DNA of 64,000 nt from Sphaerodactylus townsendi (lineage: Eukaryota): positions 25,978,001-26,042,000 of the forward strand of contig NC_059439.1 in NCBI RefSeq assembly GCF_021028975.2, in the 5' to 3' direction. Of this stretch, positions 63,791 to 64,000 are shown piece by piece (the stretch's first letter is position 1; each line of letters opens with the position of its first letter). The notes beneath the pieces were generated by a model. The model had not been told where the DNA came from and did no database searches. It saw nothing but the letters and a program-made list of their open reading frames with translations. The position numbers and the translations under genes were made by a program.

Positions 63791-64000
63791 GTGAGTCTAT
63801 AGAAGGGAGAGTGGCGGAGGGTTGTGAGATAAGCCCCGAACCTCACTCACTCCTGTCTTTAAATAGGGGGTGGGACAGGGCTCACTGGTTGACCATCGGC
63901 TTTGCATGCACGTCCCAGTTTTGATCCCTGGTGTGTCCAGTTAAAACCCACCTCTGTTTCTTTCAATGTGTATTGAGTCATTCCCTTGCCACTTTAATGC

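Overview
Vertebrate genomic DNA from a squamate reptile, most likely a gecko (inferred from abundant Squam3-type SINEs, a Sauria SINE and lizard hAT/PIF MITEs). I reconstructed five multi-exon genes by eye with phase-consistent GT-AG exons: a SULT1-family sulfotransferase (- strand, last exon off the left edge), a complete class I phosphatidylinositol transfer protein (+, 271 aa, with an 8-nt microexon), IL27 p28 (+, first coding exon uncertain), APOBR (-, about 935 aa, with a giant repeat-rich acidic exon) and the 5' part of CLN3 (+, runs off the right edge). The order matches the human 16p11.2 SULT1A-IL27-APOBR-CLN3 block, except that a mosaic alpha/beta PITP paralogue sits where NUPR1/SGF29 lie in human. 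Best leads: the third PITP paralogue; an IL-27 p28 with no poly-Glu and a different cysteine pair; an APOBR with a TNKS1BP1/KIAA1671-like C-terminal motif, roughly 157-aa tandem repeats and a triplicated splice acceptor; an intact Penelope-type hammerhead ribozyme; a stack of Dong/R4-type retrotransposon ends inside (TAA)n; and a solo LTR upstream of APOBR. Protein identifications rest on remembered homologues, not on database searches. Almost all short ORFs in the supplied track are spurious.
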